DNA of 64,000 bases from Podarcis vaucheri (Eukaryota), in the NCBI GenBank assembly GCA_965113315.1, contig OZ220372.1; one strand, 5' to 3'. This document shows, in pieces, positions 63,514 through 64,000 of this stretch; positions within the stretch are counted from its first letter, which is position 1; each line of letters starts with the position of its first letter. Made by a program: the position numbers and the translations under genes. Under the pieces are notes generated by a model, which made no database searches, had not been told where the DNA came from, and saw nothing but the letters and a program-made list of their open reading frames with translations.

Positions 63514-63662
63514 GCCAGCCTGGATAGCTCAGCTGGTTACAGCATAGTACAAGTTGCAGGTTTGATCCCCCTATGGGACAGCTGCATATTCCTGCATTAC
63601 AGGGGGTTGGACTAGATGATTCCTAGTGTCCCTTCCAGCTCTACAATGCTATGATTCTATGA
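63514..63662 (+). mobile_element. SINE with a tRNA-derived head and a CR1-derived tail (Squam2-like)
   Basis: A-box TAGCTCAGCTGG, B-box-like GGTTTGATCCC, then GGGTTGGACTAGATG...ATGATTCTATGA. Confidence 0.8.
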
Positions 63663-64000
63663 AAGGTTGGGGACCATGTTATTTGAAAAACTGCCATGCA
63701 AGTCTGCCCAGATCTTAAGGTCAATCTCAGAGGCCCTGTTCTCTGGCCCTCTGAAATGGCCCATCAGGCTGATGGGTATCGGGGACAAGGCCTTTCCAGT
63801 GGTGTCCCCACACCTATGACTTTCTCTCTCCAGAGGGGTACATATGGCCCCATCTGTAGTGGCCTTTCAACACTCTGAATACCTTTTTGTTTAAGTGTAG
63901 CATTTTGTTTAAGTGTAGCGTTTTAGTTTGGGGGTAAAGGTATTTGTGTTATTTAATTTATTCTGTTTAAAGCATTGGGAGGGCTGTGCTCTGAAAGATG

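Noticed and set aside
63514-63580. tRNA gene
   Set aside because: It has A/B-box-like motifs but no complete cloverleaf, and it is fused to a CR1 tail, so it is a SINE head.

Overview
This is vertebrate genomic DNA from a squamate reptile, most likely a lacertid lizard, judging by Sauria SINEs with (ACCTTT)n tails and squamate-type CR1, L2, L1 and MITE repeats. No intact host protein-coding exon was found; the many short ORFs are CpG-island or transposon noise. The main feature is the promoter and 5' non-coding exon cluster of the NMDA receptor subunit gene GRIN2B on the minus strand, inside a ~5 kb CpG island (~27.6-32.7 kb). I recognised it from the 3' end of the last non-coding exon (...CAACATGCTCACTCCCTTAATCTGTCCGCCTAGAGGTTCTGCTTCTACAAACCAAG|gtag), which matches mammalian GRIN2B mRNA as I recall it; no alignment was run. 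Positions 1-30224 are therefore the start of the long intron before the first coding exon, and ~32.8-64 kb is upstream intergenic DNA. The most interesting observations are: (1) a young Penelope-derived insertion in the intron that forms a perfect 80-bp hairpin with a minimal hammerhead ribozyme motif on each strand; (2) a candidate alternative 5'UTR exon whose acceptor lies only 44 nt from the upstream donor; (3) a second intronic CpG island with clustered TAATC homeodomain sites and antisense splice donors; (4) a three-level nested transposon structure with intact target-site duplications. I found no convincing wholly new biological system.
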